A stretch of DNA of 63,999 bases, filler included, from Catajapyx aquilonaris (Eukaryota), in NCBI GenBank assembly GCA_000934665.2. It is 3 parts of 3 records of this genome, joined end to end, with 100 filler letters (N's around TTAATTAATTAA, not from the genome) between each part and the next. Parts side by side here need not be neighbours in the genome. Positions count along the whole stretch, not along the records: positions 21,714 to 43,315 come from JYFJ02006013.1; positions 43,416 to 63,999 come from JYFJ02006231.1; 1 more part is not named here. The stretch is one strand, 5' to 3'. How positions within the stretch are numbered: position 1 is the stretch's first letter; each line of letters starts with the position of its first letter. Under the pieces are notes generated by a model, which worked only from the letters and a program-made list of their open reading frames with translations, had not been told where the DNA came from and did not search any database. Below are positions 36,743 through 50,300 of this stretch, piece after piece. Made by a program: the position numbers and the translations under genes.

Positions 36743-37082
36743 GAAGGTGTGGTGGCCGAGATGGTAACGTCTCGGCTTGCTGAGTGAAAGGTCCCAGGTT
36801 AGATCCCCGCCTGGGAGTTTCCTTTCACCTGCGTCGGGAGGGTCTCTGACCTGCACCTTTGGAGGTGTCTGGCAACCTAACCTCCTAGGGAATTGCGCAT
36901 GGCCCAACCTTGAGACATTGCACTTGCACCAGTGTCCCATCCCCAAAAATCCCTATCCTGTCCCATTGTCCTGTTTCCTTGCACCGGAGATTGAAGAAAA
37001 AAAAACAAAATTGATGGTGGTGTACCACCCCCAAAAAGGCCCATCACGGGGTAAAATAAATAGTAAAATAATCATAATAAAA
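36743..37082 (+). mobile_element. tRNA-derived SINE family B, copy 2
   Basis: Colinear with copy 1; TSD tattccccct(g/a)tta. Confidence 0.9.
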
Positions 37083-37169
37083 TATTCCCCCTATTAAATA
37101 TTTGCTATCTTATAGTATCGCATACACTGCTTGTAGCTGCGCTGTAACTATGAGAGGTCACGAATAAGC

Positions 37170-37240
<71 letters not shown>
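37170..37240. repeat. (AAT)n microsatellite
   Basis: Perfect AAT run. Confidence 0.98.
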
Positions 37241-38161
37241 GGGCTGGGAGAAAATCCACCAGAGCCGGAACTTGTTTGTAATAGTACTCTTTCAGAATTG
37301 GAAAAGGAAACCTTTGAAGGTATATTCCCCTCTCTCTATCTCTCGTTTCCCTCCTCTTGACAAAGCGATTCTCGCATCGGGCGTCTGTTGGAAAAGGAAA
37401 TGGGTTTGTGGCCACCAGCATCCGTTTCCAGCCTCCGGGACGCTGAGGTGCAAATGCTAGGTGGAGAGAAAGCGAGGAGAGAGACGACGAGTCAGAGAGT
37501 GCTCGTGTAAAACGTATATGGTTAACCAAACGTTCATTTTCCGACGGGGTGTATTGCCGTGTAAATGACATGAGTCCTACACACGCACTGAAGGGAAAAT
37601 GTGTTTCCGTATTTACACTTTTTGGGAGGATCAGTGGTGTGTACGACATGGGGAGGTGTTTAATCCGGACGAATTTCTCTCTCACTTTCCCTGCAGGACA
37701 CATTTCCACTTTTCGTGTTAGGGATTGGATGGTCCATCTTTTCTCTCCCCTCGAGACCTGTAATCCATACTACTTAGGCATATACAATGCTTTGTTAAGC
37801 AATTTTCGAAATGCTGTAATTCAGATCTTTTTAACGCTGTACTGACAGTGAGGTTTAAAAAGTTTCGACGAACGCATCCTGGTGATGTACAGCCATTAGC
37901 ACTCTAGCAAGGAGAGGGTTTATAAAATTGACTTTTACTTCCTTCCAGAGGAATATTGGTTGTATAGCAGCAGGACACGTTTGGCAGAAAAACATCATTC
38001 CAATGAGATATAAACACAATCTAATAGACGCATTAAAAGATTATAAATATTTCGCCATAATGGAAAAATATATGCCATAATGGAAAAATTAGTGCGTGTC
38101 GTCTATAATACAGTTGTTAATGCAATTCATGAAGTGTAAGTTTTGGAGCAGTGAACTTTTT

Positions 38162-38431
38162 ATTACGTTACCCCGTGATAGCGCCAGGGGGGGGTGGAAT
38201 ACCACCATTTTCCATCAATTTTCTGTAATTTTCTTCAACTCCAGTGCAAGGATGAAAGGGCATGGGGTGAGGCTGGGGGTTTCTGGGGAGGAGACACAGG
38301 AGCAGGTGCCATGTCTAAACAAGGGTCACGTGCAGTCTCCCTGAAGGTTAGGTTGCCAGACGCCTCCAAGTCCTCCGGGACCTTCCGAACAGCAAGCCGA
38401 GACGATACCGTCTCGGCCACCGCGCCTTCCC
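38162..38431 (-). mobile_element. tRNA-derived SINE family B, copy 3 (diverged, internal deletion)
   Basis: Reverse complement reads GGTGGCCGAGACGGTATCGTCTCGGCTTGCTG...GGAGGCGTCTGGCAACCTAACC...ATCACGGGGTAA; flanks share agtgaactt. Confidence 0.85.
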
Positions 38432-39847
38432 TGAGTGAACTTATTTTGTGTCTTTGAAATTAATAGTCTCGAAAGATTTTCCTAATGACACAAGATCACT
38501 TAACAAATACAGTATGACCCTTCGGATTAACCAGGGGAATTTATTATCACTAAGCCCTAAAGTAAGTTATTCTGTATTTTCCGAGAGAGCTTATTGTATT
38601 ATTCATTTATGATGTGTGCTAAAGCTCTTAATGAAGTACTTTGTGCCGCAACATCTCGATACTACCTCGCAATGATCACAAAGCAGGATGGCTGCATTTG
38701 ACTGCTAGATTAAATTCGAGCTGCACCCTGCAGCATGTAAAACACGAGGTCCTTTGAAGTGGCAACGACGGTAGCTGGGGCCTAATAGAATTTACTGCCG
38801 CCCCCTCTCCCCCTTCCCCCTCCTGCCCTCTCTTCCCACCTACCTCCATCTAGTAGCCCTTGGCGCCAAGTGTGAAGAAAAGCCTAGCCAAACCTCTTCT
38901 CTCTAAAAAGAAGCGCAGTAATGGTTTATGAAGAAGGAAAAGATCCAGGCAAGTATTGGATAAAGATTTAGCCAGAGCGCCTGCTAACGCTGTCTCTACG
39001 ATGCCCCAGGATAATGTCTTGGCAATGATCATCCTTCTTGGCCTCGAAGAAGCTTCTTATCGTGTGCCGAGGCGATTCAACCTTTCCTCCAACATCCTTA
39101 CCCCATAATGACACCTCGCTAACTGAGTGTCTTAGTCAACTTTAGCGGACCTCTGAAAAATATTGCCACCAGTCATACAACACTTGCTCGATTTCTCAGG
39201 GGACCCAATGGAATTGGACATCAGGTTTTCCAATATGCAGATTTCTCAGGCAATGTTTTGTAATGACATGACATATTACGGGAATCAAGAACTAAGCACT
39301 AAACATGATGCGCGTTTTACCACCGTATAGCTTAACGCCATGTGATAATAATAATAATATATGTTACTTGGACCTTCTTTATTCTCATCAAGTCAAGTGT
39401 GTTTGAGGCGTCCCAAATCAAAGGTAGTCATGTTCATTGGATTTTAATGTACATGAAATAAGCAAAAACCGATTATTACTTAACTTTCACCTGCACAATC
39501 TTGAAACATTTTACTCCCATATGTTACCTTAGTTCAACGACACACTCCAATGCACGGTCTTATAATACTCAGGGTCCCCTACATGGTTGCCTCCCCCACC
39601 CTAACCAGGGTATTGTCTCCACGTAGTCCTTATGGGGCGTCCATATTGGACCTAGATTGCATGCTGGAGGATAGGAAATTGGCAAGCGTCCATTTTTTTT
39701 CAAGGACATTTTTTCACTGCATGCAGATCCAATCTGATTTAGGTCCAATATGTCGGAGAGACAATACCCTCTCTAGGTGGGGGAGGCACTCATGGAGGTT
39801 ACCCTGATAATACTCACTCAGATCTGGTCACTCCCTCTCTTATCGCG

Positions 39848-40063
39848 TTCAGGGGGTGGGCGGGGTGGTAATGTGGCTGCTGACCGCGATGGCGCTGAAC
39901 CTCTGCAGCGATTGCCGCGATGCATAGCGGGGCTCCTTTGCACTAAGAGATGACACAGTAGATTTCTACCAAGCCTTCTATTAATTGCATCTTTGCCCGC
40001 TGGGTTCGCAGCAATCGCTGCAGAGGTTCAGCGCCATCGTGGCGACCCCGTCCACCCCCGGAA
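39848..40063. repeat. Inverted repeat / hairpin element
   Basis: CGATGGCGCTGAACCTCTGCAGCGATTGC pairs with GCAATCGCTGCAGAGGTTCAGCGCCATCG; outer GGGGGTGG/CCACCCCC. Confidence 0.75.
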
Positions 40064-40210
40064 GGGGGATTTATATAGCATATATATTATCTTTGACATC
40101 CCTGGGGCCCAGTTAGACCTCTCTCCGGCCCTGCCTCGATCCATTGTTGCCGGCTCTGTGATTGGCCAGCAAGTAAAGCGTAAAGTGGGTTCTACCAGTT
40201 ATTAGCTCTT

Positions 40211-40633
40211 GGTTCTACACAGTCGATCCGACTCCGACTCCGACTCTCCGACTCGGAGGCATCGGACACCCAGTTCAGACAGGGGTCTGCTGTTCCATGT
40301 CCGATGTCCAAAGGTGGGGGGACACGTTTTTGTGGAGGGGGGTGGGGGACAAGTTGGTTTACTTAAAAAAGGTGGAGGTGGAGGTGGTGTGGGGTGCATC
40401 GAGTTCGACTAGAAGACCTCACTAGCCAATCAGAGAGCCGGGATGAGTCGGGCAGTCATTCACACAGTCAATCCGACGTCTTACCCCGCCCACTCTCCCG
40501 TCTCCGATCTGCCCAGGTGACTTGAGCTGGCCTCCTGGCTCCGACGTCGGATCTGACACGGAATGTCATTTACACAGTAGGTTCGATGGTCGAATCCGGT
40601 CGGAGTCGGAGTCGGATCGACTGTGTAGAGCCC
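40211..40633. mobile_element. MITE with (CCGACT)n-containing TIRs, possibly Harbinger-type
   Basis: TCTACACAGTCGATCCGACTCCGACTCCGAC ... GTCGGAGTCGGAGTCGGATCGACTGTGTAGA, with internal ACACAGT/CCGAC repeats. Confidence 0.8.
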
Positions 40634-42145
40634 ATTTAATAGTACGTCAGCGGTCAGCCTGTCCCAGACACTTTCCTTTCTGCTCTCACACCTGATGGAG
40701 GATACCGCACGGCCGCTTGAAGAGTTGCTATTAGCAACTCTTCAAGCGGCCGTGGGATACCGGGAGTTAGTTCTCCACCCTAAGCCTGGATCATGTTGTT
40801 TCCCCTTCGAACTTTTGTTCTCACAGAAGGAGAATAGAACCCCTGCCCTGAAGGAAAGCTTGGTCGCCAGCAATGGAGTAGGCCCATGAAATTTTGTGTC
40901 CAGGAACGATGACCAAGCAACGAGGGATCATGCAAGGCAGAGAAATTAAATAGTCTACTACAAGGGCAGGAGAATCCAGAGTAAACCAAGGAGCATATTT
41001 GCAGAGTGCTGAGAGTTGCATAGAGTCAGGATACTTTTGTCCTAACAGAGAGGCACATCGAAAATATGTCGAAAATCATCAACCGGACCCAAATAAAAAT
41101 GTTTCCCTTGTGTGGAGCGTCAGTCATATATAGGGTTCACGGTATTGTAGGGATTTGAGGCACTACCTTTGAGGTACTGTACAGTACAGAGTATGCCCCT
41201 CATTGTGAAAGAAATATGCTCTCTCTGCGCCTGGGTCTTAACAACAACACTGACTGAGTAAATAACATAAATTTCAAATATTTAAGGAAGACCTACAGAT
41301 GTCATTGAATGGCAGTGTTGTTTTTGTTGTTATTGTTATTATTGTTACATTTATTATTGTTGTTGCTGCTGCAGAGTAATATCATATCAGAAATTCCATA
41401 ACAATACGTCTGGCGATTGCCCTAAACTGCGGAAATGTTGGGCTGTCGAAAGGAATCACATGGTCTAAGGAATAAGCAAATTCAGAAAAGCTGTGCGCAT
41501 CAAGACCTTCACCAGGAGCCACTGATGTCTACCACTTCCCCGTCTATAAGGAATCAATATCCTGAGGGGTGCCGAGACATCCCTCATCTGACAGCAGCCA
41601 TCTCGCTCCTTGAATTCTTATCAAGTGGCGTAGGACAGGCATTTATCAGATCATCCCTTAATGACGCCATGGGGCAGAGGGGATGGCAAGTGTCAGAAAG
41701 AAGAGAGGGAAGGCGCAAAAAATCATATAGCGTCTAAAAAGGGGGGGGGGGAAAGGAAGTGTGCAAAAAAATGAAAGGAATTTTATGCGGACGATCCTTT
41801 TTTGGAGAGGATTCGCAGGCTGGTTTGAAGGAGAAAGCCTCCGAGCACGTCGTTGTTGCTCCAAATTTAATGCCATCAGGCTCGTTACGTGGTTATACGG
41901 TCCCGCAGTAAGATTCAAGAGGCGTAAAATGCTCGTGTTCTTCTGTAAACGGCTGTAAGGGAAATCTCTTCCGTGACTGTGTATGGGACGACTGCCGGGA
42001 GTTGCGATATTCTCGCTTTTAGAATGCATGACTCCTGGGATGGCCTATTTGGAATTATATCTCTCAATTATAATCTTTTCCACTCCTCACCTTCCAAGGG
42101 AACTAGTATGTGGGGATTAGCAGGGGGATTACAATATATTGCAAC

Positions 42146-42375
42146 CGAAGCAGGTTGGCATAGTGGATAAGGCGTCCGACTGCTAATCGGGAGGTCCTGG
42201 GTTCTAATCCCGGGGCCGGCAACCTTGACCGTGGTTTTCTGTGGTTTTCCACGGTCTTTCTGGGATAATTCCGGGGTGGCTTCCGTGTAATAGGCCACAG
42301 CCGCTTCCTTCCTTCCCTATCCTTGGAGGTTGAAAGGCAATGCTGGGCCAACCTCCTTAAATATCAATTATAAAG
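42146..42375 (+). mobile_element. tRNA-derived SINE family C
   Basis: A box TGGCATAGTGG, B-box-like GGTTCTAATCCC and body GTGGTTTTCC...GGCCACAGCCGCTTCCTTCC resembling insect SINE cores; TSD tatattgcaac on both sides. Confidence 0.88.
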
Positions 42376-43315
42376 TATATTGCAACTTGAAGAATCTTGC
42401 CAGAGCTCAGTGACAGACACCGGACGGGTGATGCTGGCTTTACATAAACACAGTACCAGATCAGGTTATGGGGCTGCAAATTGCTCACTGCTGTGCATAG
42501 AAAAACGAACAAAAGAGATTGGAGTGAATAGATTTCATAGAGGAATCGTCTATCGGAGTTATATTATATTGCAGTTTGTATTTCGTAGGGCTGCAAAGGA
42601 CTTACTCATTTGCAGCAGGGTGGCTCCATTTCAGATGAGGCAGTGAGTGTGAAAAGGTGTCAAGTCATAAGCATTGATTTTTTTGAAAAAAAAAACCACA
42701 TATGTGAAACCAACATCCAATTGAAATTTTATGGAGCAATCAATTTTACGAGATTCGATTTAGTTATCAGGATATTAATATTTCTTTTAAGGGGTACCAA
42801 TATAACATTCAAGGGAATATGCACTTTTTCCATTGTTTTCAATGAGTATATTTCCGGAACCGTTCTGAAAACCAATATGAAATTTTAAACTCATGCTTTC
42901 GGAATAATGCTCTGTTATGTAATGCATACATTTACCTTATTTAATGGTATAGTCACCTTCAAAAAGAATCTCAAATATTGCGTATTTTGGTCAAAATGCG
43001 CATATTTCGAAATTTAATAGACCGTTATGGCGATATAGTGAACGTGACAGTTGAGCTGATTATATTTTTTGATATACTCGGTGACCCCATAAAGCTTATT
43101 AAATAAACCCTTGCTAGCTCCGTGGGTAGTTGAGATATACTAGGTGAAAATATGGCAACAATGGAAAACATGCCCATTTCAACATTTTCTCAAAAACCCT
43201 ATTTTTTATTTTTTATTTTACATCGACAGACAAGTTATAAAATGATTTAGTGTCAAAACCCAGTAAGTGAAGTGGGGGAAGTGCACACACGGGGTAAGTG
43301 CATATATTGTGCCGC

Positions 43316-43415
43316 NNNNNNNNNNNNNNNNNNNNNNNNNNNNNNNNNNNNNNNNNNNNTTAATTAATTAANNNNNNNNNNNNNNNNNNNNNNNNNNNNN
43401 NNNNNNNNNNNNNNN
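43316..43415. other. Artificial contig linker (assembly gap)
   Basis: 44 N + TTAATTAATTAA + 44 N, identical to the first linker. Confidence 0.97.
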
Positions 43416-44005
43416 CAAGTGCATAAGTGCCAAGTCATTTTGAAGTCCACTTAACCTGTTTTCCGATTCCGAGGTTCAATTGTGGAAATTATTGAAGGCG
43501 CTGAGGCCTGAGTCGCCTCTTTCTCTCTGATGGGCACCAGCAGACAAACACCAACGAACTCGATGGACTGAGATGCTTCCTGAAGAGATGAAGTGTCACG
43601 TCCTTCCGTGCACTCACCTCACTCAACAATGAATCTTTAATGAATATTTACCGATGTTTAGAAATAAAATGAGTCCCTGTAAACAAGTTGAGGCTCGAGA
43701 AGGGAGATGGATCGCATGGCTCATTAGTGATGTGCCTGAGACATTCTCAATATAAATCAGGCTCGGCCTTCCACGACACCAGAACGGTACTGTGTGCTGT
43801 ATCATCACTTACTCAATACTATATGATAGGCTTCTTCTACTTATTAGATATTATTGTGTATATTATTGTGTAATTATTGTGCTGGTTCATTCCACCCTTC
43901 GAGATGCGAGTTCAATACAAAACATGAGAATATTTAAAAAGACATATGGACAATCGCAACTCCTCGCCAATAAAATTAATAATGAGAAGTTCGCCGATTA
44001 TTAAA

Positions 44006-44058
44006 TATTATTATTATTGTTGTTATTGTTATTGTTATTATTATTATTACTACTGCTG

Positions 44059-44123
<65 letters not shown>
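44006..44123. repeat. Compound (TTA/TTG)n(CTA)n microsatellite
   Basis: Directly visible; explains the poly-L and poly-Y ORFs. Confidence 0.97.
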
Positions 44124-44125
<2 letters not shown>

Positions 44126-45300
44126 AATTTATAACATTCCAAGGCATTGCCTATAACATACGTGTTTTTACACACGCAAATCAAAATTCACTCGTTTACA
44201 ATTCCAAGCTCCCATCAGCCTTCCCGTACAAAAAGGCGATAACTGCAGCACACTGCAGCTATCACAAAGCTCATTTCTCTCAAAGAGAGAAATGGCTCAG
44301 AGCGTAAACGCATCACACAAGATGTTGTCGCCCGTGACCACGTCACCCCGGACGGCCGCTCACCGACAAGCAGCCTTCCTAAGAGGCCGTGGTCTACTCG
44401 AAGCTCTCAAGAAAGGTATACTCCGGACCACCTGTACTAACTATAACCAAGAGCTAATGCTATAACTAACTCCCGAAGCCTCCGAAGGGCGATACATGCT
44501 CGCCAAGAAGCCAGCCGAGAGTCGTCCTCCAAGGAAGTCCATAGACGAGATCAGGACATTGATTCACAATGCTCATCTCATCAGTAAGTAACAGAAACAA
44601 CTGAAACAATTGGCCTCTTCCGAGTTTGAGATCTTGGTGCGAATGCGACAAGTAGATCATTAAGAAATCCCACTGGAGAACTTCCAAACAACGCTTGCTG
44701 GAGAGGAATTATATACGTTCCAGGCATATTATACCAGACAAAATCTGGCAAGTATAGGCTTCTTGTATAATAATTATAGAAAGATGAAGCCGTCTCAGCC
44801 GTCTTCATGTATTCCATCCAGGTGGATGGTGGTATATCCTGTCGCCTCGACGTGAGCCATCAACAAGCACCCCTGGGCCGTTGCATGGATGGTGACATGG
44901 GTCAACAACGACATACATGGAACAAGGAATTGGCCTGATGTGGAGGCGACACCTGGGGACGTGCTGCTCGCCAGTCGTTTACATTGTTTTTATGATTGTG
45001 TTATAATATGTATTTTACAAGGATGTATGTGCAGAGTGTATAATAATGCTGTGTTCATAATCTTATCATCTTTCATCATCATCCAACTCATCATATCCTT
45101 TGCGTGTACCTGACCAGTCACTTAGCTTTGCCATATTCGGTCTACAGTATAACGAGATGGCAAGGTGTTGTATGATACACCTTGTCACCGCTGGTTACCC
45201 CATCTTTGGGACAATGCAATTCCGTGAAGATTTGTATGATTTATTTCTTTATTTTTCTATACCCCGATGGGCTGGACAAGCCTTGGGGGATGTATGACTT

Positions 45301-45333
45301 ATTATCATCATCATCATCATCATCATCATTGAG

Positions 45334-45379
<46 letters not shown>
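45301..45379. repeat. Compound (TCA)n(TTG)n microsatellite
   Basis: Directly visible. Confidence 0.97.
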
Positions 45380-47079
45380 GAAAATTATTTAGCACAATTT
45401 TTGTGCACACTGGTGTCGTCGCGTCGCGTCGGTGGGTGCAACTGAATATGTCCCAATGTGTGATGGGTCAAGTTCCTGCAGCCCACCTGGCCGCGACAAA
45501 ATGGACCGGGTGAATTGTAATACTGCAATCAGACTGTAATATTACGTATCATGGTCTCCTTCATCTGTCCTCCTGCATCGATTTCCAAGAAGGACGAAGA
45601 ACAGTATATATATCATGGAAGAACCAACGAAGGGTAGGGGCTCCTATCATAAACTCTATGTGCGAAAAAGAGCCAAGACGACTAATATTATTGTAGGGTC
45701 CACCGACCCGGGGCCGCCCTAACATCTGCCCCCAGTTGCCAGGCACAACTCCGGCACCTCAGTTTCCTTCGAAACTATATAGTGGCCAACCGGCGCGGCG
45801 GCGGGTGACGCTAAATATTAAGACTTTCATTGAGCAAGAAGAAGGTCTGCTGGACTTTGTCTAAACAATGTCCAGGGTTCCAAAGAGTCCTACATACGCA
45901 CGACTCTTACATCACAAACTATAGCAGGCCTATACTAGTAGGAATGGCACGAAAGGCCGAAGACAAGTTTCCAAGTTGCCATAAAAATGACTGCTCCAAA
46001 CTATACATGCCAATAACTGCGTACATAAATGCGTACATGCCAATAACTGTCTTATTACTTGCCAAAACGAACTGCGGAAAAACAATAGGGCAACAAGTCC
46101 TACCCACCAACTCCCCAAACAAGGTGGCGGACTCACTTGTGCCACATTCCATCCAGTGCGAATAATGACCACAGCTCTCTCACCTGAGGCGCGTTGACCC
46201 TCGACCTCCATCCTGACCCGGGACCCTTCCATTCCGGATCAAGATGGGAGGTGATGGACCAAGGCTTCCTCCTCCAACCTCACCTCGACTGCTTCTGCAC
46301 TGGGATGGAACGCATTCACAATCAGTGCTGATGGGTCGTCATGAGAATGAGAGGTCTCTTATAATATATAGCAACAACAACAATTATTATTTCAAACAAC
46401 AGTGGAGCCAACAGCAGATGAATCCTCTACATAACAATAATTACATGCACCCCACCATATACCCTTATTTCCATCCGTGTTATACGTCTGATAAATATTT
46501 CCCAATACAACGTCAAGTTGTTCCTTTTTGCAAAATAATGTTGTTCACATAATGGACCGACCATTTCACAAGCAAATAACCCAAGTAAGCATTTCTCAAC
46601 ACTCTGTGCGACAATAATGCAGGTGTCATGTGGATTTATGCAAGTGCAAGCACCCGACGCTTACCCCACATTGATATAGTCGCCCGAAGGCGCCGCAAAG
46701 AACGGCAACACCCGAGATGCATTAGGAGCCAGCCCAGGGGACAGACAGATTGAGGGAAAGAATAATAATAGTAGGCCTACTAAACACAATAATGATCACA
46801 AAGTAGTGCTTGATTATTATGATCATGAAAAAAATACCCTGCATATTATAGAGACAACACCCCCAGCACATTGTGGATGATGGAGAGGACTACAATCTCT
46901 ACTTTGCGGCCTCGCTCATAATAAACTAAAGATTCCCTGCACCTCATGCCCCATTGGAGGGGAGGGGGGCAGTCATTTCATGGTGAAGACGAAGTATGCA
47001 GTTTATGTTTAGTCACTCGGGCGAAGGAAGTATTTTCCCTCCCCCCTTGAAAGTATAAAAACCAACAATATTTTTAGAG

Positions 47080-47327
47080 CAGTGGTTCCTAACCTGTGGG
47101 TCGCGAAGGGTTTTCTACATAAGGGGGGAAGGGTCGCCAAGGTCGTTTTTACGTTAACGGTCACTCAGCCGCGAATAAGTACTGTACGTATAATGCATTA
47201 TGAAGTTAAGGTGCGTTTACGTGTGAGCGATTTGACGAGCGAAATCGTCGCCGCGGCTGAAATTAACAATTGATTTTCGCCTCNTGGGGGGGGGGGGGGG
47301 GCGGCGGTCGCAGGTTGGGTACCACTG
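47080..47327. mobile_element. hAT (Charlie-like) MITE
   Basis: CAGTGGTTCCTAACCTG ... CAGGTTGGGTACCACTG; imperfect 8-bp TSD TTTTAGAG/TTTTATAA. Confidence 0.75.
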
Positions 47328-50300
47328 TTTTATAAAACTCTATAAAGGCTTGTTTTATGCCCCCCTCTAGAATTCTAGGGGATGCCTTGGTTTATTGGTT
47401 ACCCAGTACACATTGCAGCAAATATTTTCAGGTAGCCCCTACAACAGAGGCCTGTAATCGTGCTCGTGACTTGAATCTGTGTGGATTTGACAGGATTGTG
47501 CAGGTTCAAGCGAGACAATAATTATCCCAGAGGCCCAACCACATATACCCAGCAGTCTATTATATACGCCGACACATTGGAAAAGCGCGGTCGTCATGTT
47601 CCGGCTCGTATATAGGACGACAATGGCGGATCGCATTCGTCGATAGAAGCAGGCCTCAAGTCATGAGGCGATGAGCACATCCACACTACGGCGGAACCTA
47701 GGTACAGGCTGTTGATTCCTCCTGTAACGTACCGTACTAATGTTAATTGCCGTGTGAGAAAGAGGATTGGAGAATGACAATCGATTATTAATGCCGATTA
47801 ATTATTTCTAATTTTAAACACATTGCGAGTAAAAATTTTACTCGTCAAAGTATGTTAAAAAGTGTAAAGTCGGCCGACGTTTGTGGGCTCAGATAAATTC
47901 CGTATTTTTCCAGGAGCACAGAATGAAGTGCTTTCTGAGATATTTCGTATGCACAAGACGACGAAAAGACATTATTGATTGCATTCAAATTAGTTCGCTT
48001 TCTACTTATAAAATATTAATTCTATACATAGTGTATTCTATTTTACACGTGATTACTTGGGCTTCCCAAAAGCCAGCGAACATCACTCATCTAGCACACG
48101 CCGTGCGTGCGACTCTGTCGGAATGGACGACTTTCCGGCTCTATATATACCTTGCCATATCAAGCGGATAAGACCAGCGAAAAACCAACAAAACGATCAA
48201 CCCGACATACACCAACTACTGCTGGGAGGGGTCGTTTCAAGAAGTCACAATGCGGAGAAACTCATGACGTCTGAGTGGAAATAATAGGACGCGTTCAGTT
48301 TACTCGCGCCAACTTTGCCAGGACGAGATGGGAGCAAAGGAAGTAAGAACTGCAACAATGGCACCAGACAGCGTAAAGATGGAAGGTATACCTCGATAAT
48401 CTATTATGCAACTGACAATCATGATTGTGGGGGTATAGTGTTACCAGAATCGGTGACACAAAAATGGAACATTTTTTGGGAGATCTTCCTCATGATGCCG
48501 GAAAAGCATCCGTCACTGATGAACCTTCTGCGCGGACATGCCACATCCACAGCACTTTAAACCAATATGGTCCTTTAGGAATAAGTGCACCCATCTTTGA
48601 GGAGGTGCGTGATAGATGGTTGATCTACCTTATTTATAACTTAATCATTTATAATATTGTTACTAACACTGAACAAGAGTTATCAACACTATAGCCTATA
48701 TTATAGCTAAGTGTTTTCCATCTACGATACCACGCATCCCAGCCTTATATAATGGAGCAGAGTGCTATCCAGTAAACAGTAAAATAAAATCCTTCCCGCG
48801 CCAACAATTTAATATTCGGACACTTTAATAATTATACTGATGGTCGTTATTATTTCTACCTTCTTGATCCACCCCTGCATGCTGGAGAAAACAATCCGTT
48901 CCCATTCACTTTCAGGCTTCCGTCAGCACCTGCGCATAGAAGAAGTGATGCATTGATGGGGGGAGACACTTCCACACGAGATGATCACTTCTCCGAGCTA
49001 CGCATCAACAATGAACTGTTGCATGTGATCATTGTATTTAAAATTCTGTCTCTCGAGAAATGTCACCAAATAATTTGACGAAAGGACGAGACATGCTATT
49101 GTTCAGGTCGTTATTTTTTTGGGAAAGCCTCAGGGGGAAATGTGGAGGTCTATGCAGGACACCCTTTTTATTGAGTACGTATCAGGCATATGTAGTATAT
49201 ACCGTATAGCGTTTCATGATTAATTATTTCAACAGCATCCTATGCATACTATGCAGTATCAGCCAGTGGCCACTAATATTGTTGTCGCTGCCATCATTTC
49301 GGTCTGTCGACAGCACTACTGCCTTCAATCACTAAAAATGGAATCACTCCAGCTCTCTGAATGGATTATTCTCACCTAACCATGTTTCTTCATAGTTCAA
49401 ATTTAGGATTATTAATACAGTTAGTAGTTACATTGTCGTTTTTCTATAATTATATACATATACAGACGTACCGGGAAATTCGATGAAGGGATTGGAAGCA
49501 ATAGAAGGATAGGCATCATGTTACCTTATCCTTCCAACATGAATATGGGTCTTGAATATTGTCCTTATAATTTCCGGATTACAGGTGAAATACCCTGACC
49601 ATTGGCATCCTGCAGCTTACATCATCAAAGGCATATTCACAAGATAAGGAACCGATATTGACATCTGATGATGAACTTGCACTCCACTTGAACTTCATGA
49701 AACTGCATCACACACCTGTCATTTGCGCACCTTATTATCAGCTAGCAACAGAGGAGACGTAAGAGGCCAGCACGCGACGGCCTGGTTTACTTTCTGATAC
49801 CATTGTCGGCAGTATAATATTATTTTACTGTGCAAACTTGGTCCTCTAAGGTTCCGCCTTTTGTTGGAGACCTCTAACCTTCGATCCCCTCGCCTCCTGT
49901 CAACAGTGCATCTGAAGCCATCGTCCTTCACTGTCTTTTATGTTTTGTGCTCCATATAATGCGAGGTAATCGCATCAGCGATTCTTATAAACATTGATGA
50001 GACACACTAATGCGAAACAGAAAGAGTTCATTCAGTCTTTTGTTTGAGACTATATTCACATGAGCAGCCATCAGAAGCTTTTTGCTACATTTGTTTTGGT
50101 TGAGTAATACAGTCTGCTGGTATAGTTGGGCGCTTGGCCTATATAAGCTGAAGATGTGCTTTTCATCCGAGTTGAAAATGCGGATTATGACGCTTACGTC
50201 TGCTGACGTCAGACATCCAAATATTGCTGAATTAATTTAAATGAAGAATCAAGCCTAACAATAAGTGTCCCGCTTACTCCTGAGAGAGTCAGATGGTTTC

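Noticed and set aside
34030..42375. tRNA genes suggested by A and B boxes
   Set aside because: The heads continue into repeated bodies with A-rich tails and TSDs, so they are SINEs.
42787..43315. TTAA|GGGGTAC possible Kolobok-like end
   Set aside because: No matching second terminus before the contig ends, so it cannot be supported.
43946..44307. Poly-Leu and poly-Tyr ORFs (also 37158-37709, 45182-45445, 60891-61163)
   Set aside because: Translations of trinucleotide microsatellites.
44300..46330. GC-richer blocks suspected to be an endogenous virus or retroelement
   Set aside because: No recognisable protein motif in any frame examined.
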